From: an uncultured Chitinophagaceae bacterium
GTDB lineage: Bacteria; Bacteroidota; Bacteroidia; Chitinophagales; Chitinophagaceae
NCBI GenBank assembly: GCA_963845495.1
Contig: CAWJTH010000202.1
Span: forward strand, 3,239 to 67,238
Direction: 5' to 3'
DNA: 64,000 nucleotides
Shown here in pieces: positions 47,791 to 57,501 of the stretch. The translations under genes and the position numbers were made by a program. Position 1 is the first letter of the stretch, and each line of letters opens with the position of its first letter. The notes beneath the pieces are model-generated. The model made no database searches. It saw only the letters and a list, made by a program, of their open reading frames with translations, and was not told the origin of the DNA.

Positions 47791-47959
47791 TGTTTGTTAA
47801 AAGTTTACAAAAGCAAGCGTTAGGGTGGCAAGCTTTGCAGACAAACGGCTTCCTTTTTCGTGTGTTTTCCGATCCAAAAAACGTGGCTTTATTGAATGTT
47901 TTTTATCTTCATTCCCTTCACTATTTTATAATCATTTTTGTACCATTTTTTTGATTGAT

Positions 47960-48562
47960 ATGCCACAACATTCTTACTTCGTTATTTACAAACCTTACCA
48001 AGTAATGTCGCAATTTTCCCCTTCGGGTGATAAAAAAACATTAAAAGATTATTTTGATGTGCCGAAAGATGTGTACCCTGTTGGGCGGTTAGATTTTGAT
48101 AGCGAAGGCTTATTGATTTTAACCAACGACACGTCATTAAACCATCAATTGTTGCATCCCCAAAACGAACACGAAAGGGAATATTGGGCACAGGTAGATT
48201 ATGCTGTTTTACCATCATCCATCCAACAAATACAACAAGGTGTTGCCATCAATATCGATGGAAAAATGTACCAAACAAAGCCATGCCAAGCATCCCTTAT
48301 TTTGCCCGAACCGCAAGTGCCAGATCGGTTTCCACCCATCCGTTTTAGAAAAGAAATACCAACCACATGGCTACAATTAATTTTAAAGGAGGGGAAAAAT
48401 AGACAGGTAAGAAAAATGACCGCTGCAATCGGGCACCCAACTTTGCGGTTAATCCGTTACAGAATAGAACAAATAAAATTGGGCACCATGCAACCCAGCG
48501 ATATGATTGAAATGGATGAATCAACCATTAAAAAAGCATTATTTAAAAATGGAAAACGATAA
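47960..48562 (+). CDS. pseudouridine synthase, RsuA/RluE family (no S4 domain)
   Basis: ATG at 47960 (MPQHSYFVIYKP). The catalytic block is VGRLDFDSEGLLILTND. The C-terminal GKNRQVRKM motif is present. Confidence 0.85.
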   Translation: MPQHSYFVIYKPYQVMSQFSPSGDKKTLKDYFDVPKDVYPVGRLDFDSEGLLILTNDTSLNHQLLHPQNEHEREYWAQVDYAVLPSSIQQIQQGVAINIDGKMYQTKPCQASLILPEPQVPDRFPPIRFRKEIPTTWLQLILKEGKNRQVRKMTAAIGHPTLRLIRYRIEQIKLGTMQPSDMIEMDESTIKKALFKNGKR

Positions 48563-48989
48563 TTATCAAAAAGACGGATTTATTATTTCAACCGATAAGT
48601 CTTTGCTGGATATAAATTACATCCATCATTATTTGTCGACGGAAAGTTATTGGGCGCAAGGCATACCTTACGAAACCGTTAAACGCTCCATCGAGAATTC
48701 TTTTTGTTTTGGTATGTATAAAAATGGAAAACAAATTGGTTTTGCGAGGGTAATTACAGATTTTGCCACTTTTGCGTGGCTCTGCGATGTGTTTGTGAAT
48801 GAAGATTTCAGAGGATTAAGCTTGGGGAAATGGTTGATGGAAACAATCCACAGCCATCCAACATTGCAAGGTTTTCGGGCGTGGATGTTGGGTACAAAAG
48901 ACGCCCACGGATTGTATGCCCAATTTGGTTACGGCCCGCTTCCCGAACCGCATCGGATAATGCGGAGGACCGGAAAAATTCCAAAATAA
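48549..48989 (+). CDS. GNAT family N-acetyltransferase
   Basis: Likely start MENDNYQKDG. It has a V..DFRG.GLGKWLM acetyl-CoA binding motif. Confidence 0.8.
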   Translation: MENDNYQKDGFIISTDKSLLDINYIHHYLSTESYWAQGIPYETVKRSIENSFCFGMYKNGKQIGFARVITDFATFAWLCDVFVNEDFRGLSLGKWLMETIHSHPTLQGFRAWMLGTKDAHGLYAQFGYGPLPEPHRIMRRTGKIPK

Positions 48990-49134
48990 AAAAAATCCAA
49001 ATCCCAACAAATTAGACATTCACCTGATTATTCTAACTTTTATGTACGATGATTTTAAAGTGGAAATTTTAAAATAGACTCGCAAGTCCCACTAGTTGAA
49101 ATTTGGAATTTTCCCTTTTGGAATTTGTACATCC

Positions 49135-49142
49135 TACATTTG
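49135..49142 (+). promoter_or_regulatory. candidate Bacteroidota -7 box (TAnnTTTG)
   Basis: tacatttg lies 20 nt upstream of the kbl ATG. A TTTG occurs at 49117-49120, but the spacing is shorter than the classical -33/-7 distance. Confidence 0.3.
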
Positions 49143-49161
49143 CAGCAATTAAACGCATCGT

Positions 49162-50349
49162 ATGAATTCTAATTTTTCAGAGCGCATCGGAAAAGAATTA
49201 GCGGAAATTGAAGCCGCTGGGTTATATAAAAAAGAACGCATCATTACCAGCGAGCAAGGCCCCGAAATTGTAGTGAACGGCAAAACGGTATTAAACTTTT
49301 GCGCCAATAATTATCTTGGCCTTTCATCGCACCCAAAAGTAATAGAGGCTGCGCACGAAGCCATTAATACGCATGGTTATGGCATGAGCAGCGTTCGGTT
49401 TATTTGCGGCACGCAAGACATCCACAAACAATTGGAAGCGAAGCTTGCCACTTTTTTGGGTACGGAAGACACCATTTTATATGCAGCCGCTTTTGATGCC
49501 AACGGCGGCGTTTTTGAACCTTTGTTTGGTGAACAAGATGCGATCATCAGCGATGCGTTGAACCATGCCTCAATTATAGATGGAGTAAGGCTTTGCAAGG
49601 CGCAACGTTATCGCTACGAGCATAATAATATGGCTGATTTGGAAGCGAAATTGAAAGAAACACAAAACCTGCGCAACCGCATAATTGTTACAGACGGTTC
49701 GTTTAGTATGGACGGAACCATTGCGCAGTTGGATAAAATTTGCGACCTCGCTGATAAATACGACGCAATTGTAATGATTGACGAATGCCACAGCAGCGGC
49801 TTTTTGGGCAAGAACGGCCGCGGCACGCATGAATATCGTGGGGTTATGGGCCGCATCGACATCATCACCGGAACACTTGGCAAAGCATTGGGCGGCGCTA
49901 GCGGCGGTTTTACATCAGGCAAAAAAGAAGTGATTGAAATGTTGCGCCAGCGCAGTAGGCCTTATCTTTTTTCAAACACCGTGGCGCCAAGTATTGTGGG
50001 TGCCAGCATTGCCGTGTTGGATATGCTAACCGAAACAACCGAATTACGTGATCAGCTTGAAATAAACACCAAATATTTTAGGGAGCAAATGACTAACGCC
50101 GGGTTCGACATAAAACCCGGCGACCACCCGATTGTACCGATTATGCTGTACGATGCAGTGGTGGCGCAAACTTTTGCTGCCAAATTGTTGGAAGAAAGCG
50201 TGTATGTCATCGGGTTTTTCTTTCCCGTTGTGGCAAAGGGTCTTGCCCGCATCAGGGTGCAATTAAGTGCCGCACACACCCGCGAACATTTAGACAAAGC
50301 CATTGCCGCATTTACAAAAGTGGGCAAGGAATTGGGTGTGTTACAGTAA
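49162..50349 (+). CDS. kbl: glycine C-acetyltransferase (2-amino-3-ketobutyrate CoA ligase)
   Basis: 395 aa. It looks like an alpha-oxoamine synthase fold with the PLP-lysine region TGTLGKALGG, and has a Kbl-like N-terminus (L.EI...GLYK.ER.I.S.QG). Confidence 0.9.
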   Translation: MNSNFSERIGKELAEIEAAGLYKKERIITSEQGPEIVVNGKTVLNFCANNYLGLSSHPKVIEAAHEAINTHGYGMSSVRFICGTQDIHKQLEAKLATFLGTEDTILYAAAFDANGGVFEPLFGEQDAIISDALNHASIIDGVRLCKAQRYRYEHNNMADLEAKLKETQNLRNRIIVTDGSFSMDGTIAQLDKICDLADKYDAIVMIDECHSSGFLGKNGRGTHEYRGVMGRIDIITGTLGKALGGASGGFTSGKKEVIEMLRQRSRPYLFSNTVAPSIVGASIAVLDMLTETTELRDQLEINTKYFREQMTNAGFDIKPGDHPIVPIMLYDAVVAQTFAAKLLEESVYVIGFFFPVVAKGLARIRVQLSAAHTREHLDKAIAAFTKVGKELGVLQ

Positions 50350-50390
50350 TTACCCTTAATTTTATTTCAAACAAAACCACCCAAAACTAT

Positions 50391-51434
50391 ATGCAAGAAA
50401 ACTTGCCCGAAACCGAACAACCGATAAACGAAGAAAGCTGTGCAAATTGTGGAAGCCATGCCGTTTTAAAAGATTATCCAACCAAACTTTGCGCTGATTG
50501 CAGACAAGCTTTTATTAAGTTTCCGATTCCCAAATGGATACTTGGATTTGCTGGTGGCATTTTATTAATCGTGTTATATTCCATGATTAAACTGCCCGCA
50601 AATCTTGCATTGGGAATACATTTTGAGAAAGGTAAAAAAGCGATGGCCGAAAACAAGTATTTAACCGCCGAAAGCGAATTGGCGAAAGTGGTAGACAAAG
50701 CACCAAATTATACAGAAGCTAAGTGTTTATTGGCCATAGCTGCATTTCATAACCAAGATTTTTTTGTCGAAAATGAAATGTTTCAGCAATTAAAAGGCGT
50801 TGATCTTAAAGACGATGCATTACTTGCTAGTGCGAACGAAGTAATAAAAGAAATGGACGGATATATACCTTCCGACTCAATGAATTTGTTGTTAGCTAAA
50901 TATAATAACAATAGCGACAGCATTCCGGATGCTATATTAGAAAAATTTATTAGTGCATACCCAAGCGAACTTTATCCTGTACAATTATACGCCAGCTCAC
51001 TATTTAATAGAAATGTGTATAAAAAATCGGATAGCTTGGCGCAAATCGCACTTACCATGGAGCCAGACTTTATGCCAGCAATTTCTTTGAGGGCTGGTAC
51101 ACTCCGATATTTAAAACAATACGATTCTGCCATTTATTTCAACAATTTATTGCTGGCGCAAAATGTGGAGTCGGTTTATGCAATTTCATCAAAAGCAAGA
51201 ACCTTGTTGATGCAAAAGAAAGATGCCGAGGCATTAAAAACCGCATTGGAGGCGCAAAAGTTGAAACAATCCGACGGATATAATTTAGCTACGTTAGCAA
51301 TTATTTATCACCTAACCGGAAAGTTAAAAGAGCGTGATGCTATTGTTTCGCAAACGCAAAACGATTCGTTGGCTATCCCGTACATGAAATACGCCAATGA
51401 AGTTATTTCAGGCAAACAAAAATTTAGAGACTAA
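50391..51434 (+). CDS. hypothetical protein: zinc-ribbon, TM helix, TPR-like repeats
   Basis: 347 aa. It has N-terminal CANCGS...CADC, one TM helix (ILGFAGGILLIVLYSMI), then helical repeat sequence. Confidence 0.55.
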   Translation: MQENLPETEQPINEESCANCGSHAVLKDYPTKLCADCRQAFIKFPIPKWILGFAGGILLIVLYSMIKLPANLALGIHFEKGKKAMAENKYLTAESELAKVVDKAPNYTEAKCLLAIAAFHNQDFFVENEMFQQLKGVDLKDDALLASANEVIKEMDGYIPSDSMNLLLAKYNNNSDSIPDAILEKFISAYPSELYPVQLYASSLFNRNVYKKSDSLAQIALTMEPDFMPAISLRAGTLRYLKQYDSAIYFNNLLLAQNVESVYAISSKARTLLMQKKDAEALKTALEAQKLKQSDGYNLATLAIIYHLTGKLKERDAIVSQTQNDSLAIPYMKYANEVISGKQKFRD

Positions 51435-51449
51435 AAAAAATATCCGTAC

Positions 51450-51983
51450 ATGTTTTTTATACCAGGCATCCTTATCACTATTGTTACTTTCCCCGGCGTT
51501 ATTGTGCACGAGCTTGCGCACCAATTGTTTTGCCGGTTGTATAAAGTTCCCGTTTTTCAAGTAGTTTATTTTCGAACCAAAAATCCTGTAGGTTATGTTT
51601 TGCACGAAGCAGTGCAAAATAAGTGGCACGGCATGATGATTAGCGTTGGCCCTTTTATTGTGAACACTTTGTTGGGTGCCATTATTGCTTTACCAGCCTC
51701 GTTGCCGGTATTTGTTTTTGATAATGCCGGGCCGATTGATTATTTATTGATTTATCTAGGCGTTTCAATTGCCATGCACGCATTTCCCAGTACTGGCGAT
51801 GCCAATGTAATTTGGCGACAAATAAATGAAGAGAATACGCCCTTGTTGGTAAAAATTATCGGCTACCCGATAGTTGGTTTAATACACATCGTGTCTCTCG
51901 GCAAGTTTTTTTGGTTGGATGCTTTATATGGTGTTGGCGTAGCAATAGGTATTCCGAAGCTTATTATTGCGTTGATGGCTTAG
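51450..51983 (+). CDS. membrane zincin-like protein (HExxH; DUF3267-like)
   Basis: 177 aa. VIVHELAHQLF is embedded in a polytopic membrane protein. Family assignment is tentative. Confidence 0.55.
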   Translation: MFFIPGILITIVTFPGVIVHELAHQLFCRLYKVPVFQVVYFRTKNPVGYVLHEAVQNKWHGMMISVGPFIVNTLLGAIIALPASLPVFVFDNAGPIDYLLIYLGVSIAMHAFPSTGDANVIWRQINEENTPLLVKIIGYPIVGLIHIVSLGKFFWLDALYGVGVAIGIPKLIIALMA

Positions 51984-52043
51984 AATTTTACTGAAATTTG
52001 CCATGCTAACCGCAATCTAATTTAATCTGGTTCAACTAATATT

Positions 52044-52863
52044 ATGAATATCCGTTCCTTGTGTTTTGTAGCTTGTGCCTTTTGCCTTGCATCTCTTTCT
52101 TCCTGCACCAACAACCCTACCACGCTCGACAATAGTTTTAAAAAGTATTTCGATGATAATAAAGTGAATGGTTGTTTTGGCCTGTGGGATAATCTGGACA
52201 ATCATTTTACTATTTATAATATGCCTCGTTTCCGCGATTCGGCTTATTTACCAGCTTCAACTTTTAAGGTGGTAAATGCGTTGATTGCACTTGGCACCGG
52301 CAGGATTTTTAGCGATACCGTTGTGCTAAAATGGGACGGCATTACCCGCTCAAGGCCGGAATGGAACAAAGACATGGACATGCGTGAAGCTTTCCAAGGT
52401 TAGCAATGTTGGTTATTTTCAGCAAGTGGCCCGCCGCATTGGAAAAGATACCATGCAAATGATGCTGGACAGTATTAAATATGGCACCAGAAAAATAACA
52501 ACTAGGGTCGATTCTTTTTGGTTGGATAACTCGCTGAAAATTACTGCCGATGAGCAATTGGGCTTAATGAAAAGATTGTATTTCAAGCAATTACCTTTTC
52601 AACGCCGCGAACAGGATATTGTTAAAAGTATGATGCTGAAAGAAAATAATGCGAACTACAAGCTAAGCTATAAAACTGGTTGGGGCTTTTTGCCCGACGG
52701 CCAATCGCTTGGTTGGATTGTTGGCTGGATCGAAGAAAATGCGCACGTTTATTTTTTCGTACTTAATTGCACAGGGGCGCATGACGCTGATATGACCACC
52801 ATCCGCATGAATATTTTAAAAGGCATTTTAACGCAAATGGGATTTTTTCAGGGAAAGAAGTGA
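52044..52863 (+). pseudogene. class D (OXA-type) beta-lactamase with an apparent 1-nt insertion (or a sequencing error)
   Basis: Track ORFs 52044-52403 and 52384-52863 join as ...ASTFKVVNAL (STFK) ...DMREAF/KVSNVGYFQQVARRIG (SxV) ...KYG... FWLDNSLKITADEQ ...YKTGWG (KTG). The 820 nt equal 3n+1. The extra base fits the cc at 52394-52395. Confidence 0.85.
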
Positions 52864-52866
52864 GCC

Positions 52867-53276
52867 GGTACTAAGTATTTAGATGTTAGTACTTAGACAG
52901 ACCAAGATCAACTTTGAAAGACGATTAGCAATAGAAAAGATTTTTAAAAGAAGAAGAGATAAAAGACATTTAAACAGACCTAAAGGATATTTAGCTTTTT
53001 GTTTTTTATTGAAAGCGTTTACTTTGGCTATAAAAACATTCTTGCAATGTTGCAGTATATAATTCTTATATTTTTTATCGTAAGTCCTTTTGTAATCGAT
53101 TTAACAATATCAATATTTAAGAAGCCTAAAAAACAAATTGTTGTTAAGGATGAAAAAAATAGTTTTTGGGTGGATGGCATAATGCGTGTTTTTGAAATTA
53201 TTGGAGGACGTTATTATTAATGGGCAAAAAAACTCGGTTCTGTCTAACTACTAAATACTAACATCTAAATACTTAA
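52867..53276. repeat. inverted tagta/ttaga word arms bracketing about 340 bp with a small ORF
   Basis: ggtactaagtatttagatgttagtacttagacag (52867-52900) and ctgtctaactactaaatactaacatctaaatacttaa (53240-53276) share a 19-nt perfect complementary core. The right arm ends at the batB-like ATG. Confidence 0.75.
53047..53220 (+). CDS. possible 57-aa single-TM protein inside the repeat-bracketed spacer
   Basis: ATG at 53047 within track ORF 52999-53220 (MLQYIILIFFIVSPFVIDLTISIF...). There is no other support. Confidence 0.25.
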   Translation: MLQYIILIFFIVSPFVIDLTISIFKKPKKQIVVKDEKNSFWVDGIMRVFEIIGGRYY

Positions 53277-54956
53277 ATGTTCCAAGCAGAAGACACATAT
53301 CAATTCCTTTGGTTATTGCTCATCATTCCAATTGCCTTATTGGTTTGGTTGGCCATCCGTTGGAAAAATACTACCCTCAAAAAAATGGGCGATGGTCATT
53401 TAATACGCCAATTATTTAAGGGGTATTCTCCACAAAAATTTTTGCTGAAAGCGTTGTTGCCATTGATTGCCATGGCTTTATTGGCAGTTGCTTTGGTTAA
53501 TTACCGCAAAGCGGATGATTCGGAAAAAATAAAACTGAACGGTACCGATTTAATCATTGCTTTGGATGTAAGCAATAGCATGTTGGCAAAAGATGTGCAG
53601 CCTAACCGCCTAGAAAAAGCAAAGCTATTGATCGGCAAATTGATTGACCGATTAAACGGGAACCGTGTTGGGTTAGTTGTTTTTGCCGGCAATGCTTACC
53701 CGCAAATGCCATTGACCACAGATGCGAGTGCGGCGAAATTATTCCTCGGCAGCATTTCTCCTGATTTAGTGCCAACACAAGGTACCAACATCAGCGAGGC
53801 CTTATTGTTGGCCGACCGCATGATGAACACGCAGGAAAAAAAATATAAATCAATCCTGCTCATCAGCGATGGCGAAGACCACGACGAAGACGCCGATGCC
53901 ACTGCCAAACAATTGAAAGAACACGGCGTCGTCATCAATACAATCGGCATCGGTTCGCCAGACGGAGCACAATTGTATGACCCTAATACCAACGATGTAA
54001 AACGCGACGCGGAGGGCAACGTGGTTGTAAGTAAGCTAAATGAAAAAGCGTTGCAAGATTTGGCGGCTGCAACCGGCGGTACTTATCAATTGTTAGGCGA
54101 AACTGAAACGGCTGTTAAAAATACCCTTGCCGAATTAGATAATATGGACAAAAAGGCTATTACAGATACTACATTCACTAATTATACTACTTATTTTTAT
54201 TGGTTTGTCTTGGTTGCCATGGTATTATTAATCATTGAATTATTGATGCCGGAAAAAAAGAAAAATGCCACGCCAGCAAAAGTTAAACCTGCCAAAAAAG
54301 CAATAGCTGCCATGCTGCTACTATTTGCTACCACGGCTTTTTCTCAGAAAGAAAATGACGCCATCCGCAAAGGAAACGATGCTTATAAAAAGCAACAATT
54401 TGATGTGGCTTCGAAAGATTATGCCGAGGCATTAAAAGAAAATAACAATAACCCAACAGCTAATTTTAACCTTGGCAATACTTGGTTTAAAGCTGGCAAG
54501 TACGATACCGCAGCGCAGCAATACGATGCGCTAGCCAACAATGCACACGATAAAAGCTTGCAAGCCAAAAGCTATTATAACAAAGGCGTTTCGCTGATAA
54601 AAGATAAAAAACTTAAAGAAGCTATTGATGCCTTCAAACAATCGTTAAAAGTTGATCCGAGCGACGAAGACAGCCGCCAAAACCTGCAAAAAGCATTGAA
54701 AGAATTGCAAAAAAAACAACCGCCACCACCACAAAACAAGCAAGATAAAAAGAAACAGGACGAAAAAAAACCACCACCACCAAAAGAAGATAAAAAGAAA
54801 AAGGACAACGGCGAACAACCACCGCCCCAAAGTAAATTGAACAAAAAGGAAGCAGAACAAAAATTACAAGCGCTTCGCGAAGAAGAAAAAAAGCTAAAAC
54901 AGAAAATGGATCAGCAAAAGCAACCGGCCAATAGAAGAACGGATAAAGATTGGTAG
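53277..54956 (+). CDS. BatB/BatC-like VWA + TPR protein with a Lys/Pro-rich tail
   Basis: 559 aa. It has N-terminal TMs, VWA MIDAS DLIIALDVSNSM, a central TM, TPR repeats (NFNLGNTWFKAGKYDTAAQQY, YYNKGVSLIKDKKLKEAIDAF) and a KKQPPPP/KKPPPP low-complexity end. Confidence 0.8.
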   Translation: MFQAEDTYQFLWLLLIIPIALLVWLAIRWKNTTLKKMGDGHLIRQLFKGYSPQKFLLKALLPLIAMALLAVALVNYRKADDSEKIKLNGTDLIIALDVSNSMLAKDVQPNRLEKAKLLIGKLIDRLNGNRVGLVVFAGNAYPQMPLTTDASAAKLFLGSISPDLVPTQGTNISEALLLADRMMNTQEKKYKSILLISDGEDHDEDADATAKQLKEHGVVINTIGIGSPDGAQLYDPNTNDVKRDAEGNVVVSKLNEKALQDLAAATGGTYQLLGETETAVKNTLAELDNMDKKAITDTTFTNYTTYFYWFVLVAMVLLIIELLMPEKKKNATPAKVKPAKKAIAAMLLLFATTAFSQKENDAIRKGNDAYKKQQFDVASKDYAEALKENNNNPTANFNLGNTWFKAGKYDTAAQQYDALANNAHDKSLQAKSYYNKGVSLIKDKKLKEAIDAFKQSLKVDPSDEDSRQNLQKALKELQKKQPPPPQNKQDKKKQDEKKPPPPKEDKKKKDNGEQPPPQSKLNKKEAEQKLQALREEEKKLKQKMDQQKQPANRRTDKDW

Positions 54957-55119
54957 GGGTAAATTCCAATAAAGAAATCCAAATTCCAACATAATGGTGT
55001 TGGCTTATTTAGCCAAGCAGCAAATTATGGAAAGTTTGGATTTTTATTTTAGGGAAGCGCCTGGAACATTGTTTAAACATGTTGTTTATTGGGATTTGGG
55101 ATTTTTAATTTGGATTTTT

Positions 55120-55755
55120 ATGAAGAAAGCTTTCAAATGGCTTTTTGCTATTTCAGTTACTTTTGGCATTGTACTTTTTGCCTGTTACCATTTTGTAGCA
55201 TCTGCCGCAAAACCTTACCTGTACAACGTTGTGGCCGATATACCTATGCATAAGGTTGGTTTGTTGTTGGGTACTTCTAAAGATTTGCCCGATGGTCGTC
55301 CCAATCCATTTTTTAAAAATAGGATCGAAGCTGCAATAGCATTATACAAAGCCGGCAAAATTAAATATATCATCGCCAGCGGCGACAATAGCGTGGTTGG
55401 TTACAACGAACCGAAAGACATGAAAGATGCCTTGGTGCAGCAAGGAGTTCCTGATTCGGCAGTGATTTTAGATTACGCAGGATTCAGGACATTCGATTCT
55501 ATTTTGCGCTGCAAGGACATTTTTGGCCAAACTGATTTTACCATCATTTCTCAACTATTCCACAACGAACGGGCTTTGTTTATTGCACAAAAAAATGGTA
55601 TTGATGCGGTTGCCTTCAATGCCATGGATATAAGCAAACACGATAGTTTTAGAATCCATGCCCGGGAAGTGTTGGCCCGTACAAAAGCTGTATTGGATGT
55701 GTATGTTTTAAATACTAAACCCAAATTTGGTGGCGATAAAATAAATTTACCATAA
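55120..55755 (+). CDS. SanA/YdcF (DUF218) family protein
   Basis: ATG at 55120 (MKKAFKWLFAISV). It has a TM anchor and DUF218-type blocks VGLLLGTS and YIIASGDN. Confidence 0.8.
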   Translation: MKKAFKWLFAISVTFGIVLFACYHFVASAAKPYLYNVVADIPMHKVGLLLGTSKDLPDGRPNPFFKNRIEAAIALYKAGKIKYIIASGDNSVVGYNEPKDMKDALVQQGVPDSAVILDYAGFRTFDSILRCKDIFGQTDFTIISQLFHNERALFIAQKNGIDAVAFNAMDISKHDSFRIHAREVLARTKAVLDVYVLNTKPKFGGDKINLP

Positions 55756-55852
55756 AAGCAAGGTGACGGATGACAGTTGACAGGCATGAAAACACAACCA
55801 GCCTTTGTTTTACGACTGTCAATCTGCGTAACTGTCATCTGCCAACTGCGGT

Positions 55853-56245
55853 TTACGGCACAGGAACCGTTTCCACCACCATTTCGTTACCAGCTTTGTC
55901 GTAATAAACGCAGGTCATTTTCTGCATATCCAATATCCATTTTTCAACGCCAGCTTCGGCTGATTGTTTACAAAAGGTAAGATAATCAGTTTGGCCTTTT
56001 TGGTGGATAACTAAGGCTTGCTTTAGTTTTTCTACTGATCCTTTAGCGGCAATTTCCATTGGTTCCCATTTCGCGTTGGCCGAAATAGAGAATCTGTTTG
56101 CACCAAAATATTGAATCTGTCCGTCTGCCACAAAATGCTCGTAGCTTGTTACGCCCAATTTTATTAAGTCTTGCACATAAGCGGGAAAATCGGCACCGCT
56201 TTTTACTTTTGCGTGCGCCGCCCTAACTGCATCCAATGTAAACAT
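55853..56245 (-). CDS. DUF1398 family protein
   Basis: 130 aa. The N-terminal K.G.DFPAYVQDLIKLGV..YE..V.DG pattern is typical of DUF1398. Confidence 0.7.
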   Translation of the reverse strand: MFTLDAVRAAHAKVKSGADFPAYVQDLIKLGVTSYEHFVADGQIQYFGANRFSISANAKWEPMEIAAKGSVEKLKQALVIHQKGQTDYLTFCKQSAEAGVEKWILDMQKMTCVYYDKAGNEMVVETVPVP

Positions 56246-56310
56246 GTTTTTATATTTTTATTTGATGCAAAGATGACTGGCTGCAAACCCGCAAAATTGT
56301 ATAAAATCGT

Positions 56311-57069
56311 TTATTTCAAAAAACGGTTTGGTGTTTCGTTGGTAAACTTTTTAAAGTCTTTTATAAAATGCGACTGGTCGAAAAAGGTGGCTGCATAACC
56401 TAGCTCCGTTAGGTTCTTTGTACGGCTCAATTCTTCCAACACATATTTAAACCTTACAATTGATGCATATTTTTTGGGCGTAGTGCCAACTATTTTTCTG
56501 AACTTTTTTTCAAGCGGGCTTTGGCTGGTACATAATTCTTTAGCTAAATCGGTAATGCGAAGCATGCCGTTTTTATTGTGGATGTGTTGAACAGCGTGCT
56601 GTACCAGTCTGTCAATCTCCTTTTCTTTAAACTGGTTTATTAAAAAATCTTCAACAACAGCAATCCTTTCTGTATCAGCGCTTGCTTCGAAAAGCCTGTT
56701 TTCAACTTCGTCTAAAGCTGATTTTTTGAACAAATATTCCAATGAAATGCTTTGCGCAAATAATTCGTTTACAGGCAATTGTAGAAATTGATAGGCACCC
56801 ATTTCGGTAAAATAAATCAAAACGCTGCCTGTGTTTTTTACGTTTTTAAAAATCCTGAAACTATCTAAAATGCCGGTGATACCTTGATTTGACAAAACGA
56901 TTGCTTCGTCTTTTTCGTAAAATGAAAGACCGCCGACATATTGAAAGCCAATAACAATGGATGTATCTGGCGATATGGTGTAGGTTTGTTCCACACTGGT
57001 TTCTGAGCATACAAAATATTTAATGTATGGCTTTAGAAATTCGCATGGAGGATACTTTTCAAATTTCAT
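56311..57069 (-). CDS. AraC family transcriptional regulator
   Basis: 252 aa. It has the C-terminal double HTH (ITDLAKELCTSQSPLEKKFRKIVGTTPKKY ... LGYATFFDQSHFIKDFKKFTN). Confidence 0.85.
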   Translation of the reverse strand: MKFEKYPPCEFLKPYIKYFVCSETSVEQTYTISPDTSIVIGFQYVGGLSFYEKDEAIVLSNQGITGILDSFRIFKNVKNTGSVLIYFTEMGAYQFLQLPVNELFAQSISLEYLFKKSALDEVENRLFEASADTERIAVVEDFLINQFKEKEIDRLVQHAVQHIHNKNGMLRITDLAKELCTSQSPLEKKFRKIVGTTPKKYASIVRFKYVLEELSRTKNLTELGYAATFFDQSHFIKDFKKFTNETPNRFLK

Positions 57070-57501
57070 TTACATGCTTTAAATACTAAAATTTGTTTTA
57101 ATAATTGGCAAGATATTACATTTATGACACTTTAAAACAAGGGATGAAAGACAAACTTATGCGCCTTGAATAGGCAATAGTACCCAGTAAACTGCCATAA
57201 TAATAAGTAAAAATTCAAAACTAAAAAGTAAAAATCTGTTGGGTGAATTGGAGCTGCGGATTGCCTCATCCGGCCTTTCGAACTACGCTACCAACCTTTC
57301 GGTTGCCTTCGCCTAAAAGAGAAGGACAGTGGCTATGTGTTCTTTTAACAGCCCGATAAGGCCTCCAAAAAAATGCAATAATTTTATTGTTTGCAATAAA
57401 ACTGTTACCAAATTTGATTATTTTTATAAAAACATAGGATTTATCTGCATAAAATTACATTTCCAGTTAAAAATATAATTTCAAACATTTAATTTTAGGG
57501 C

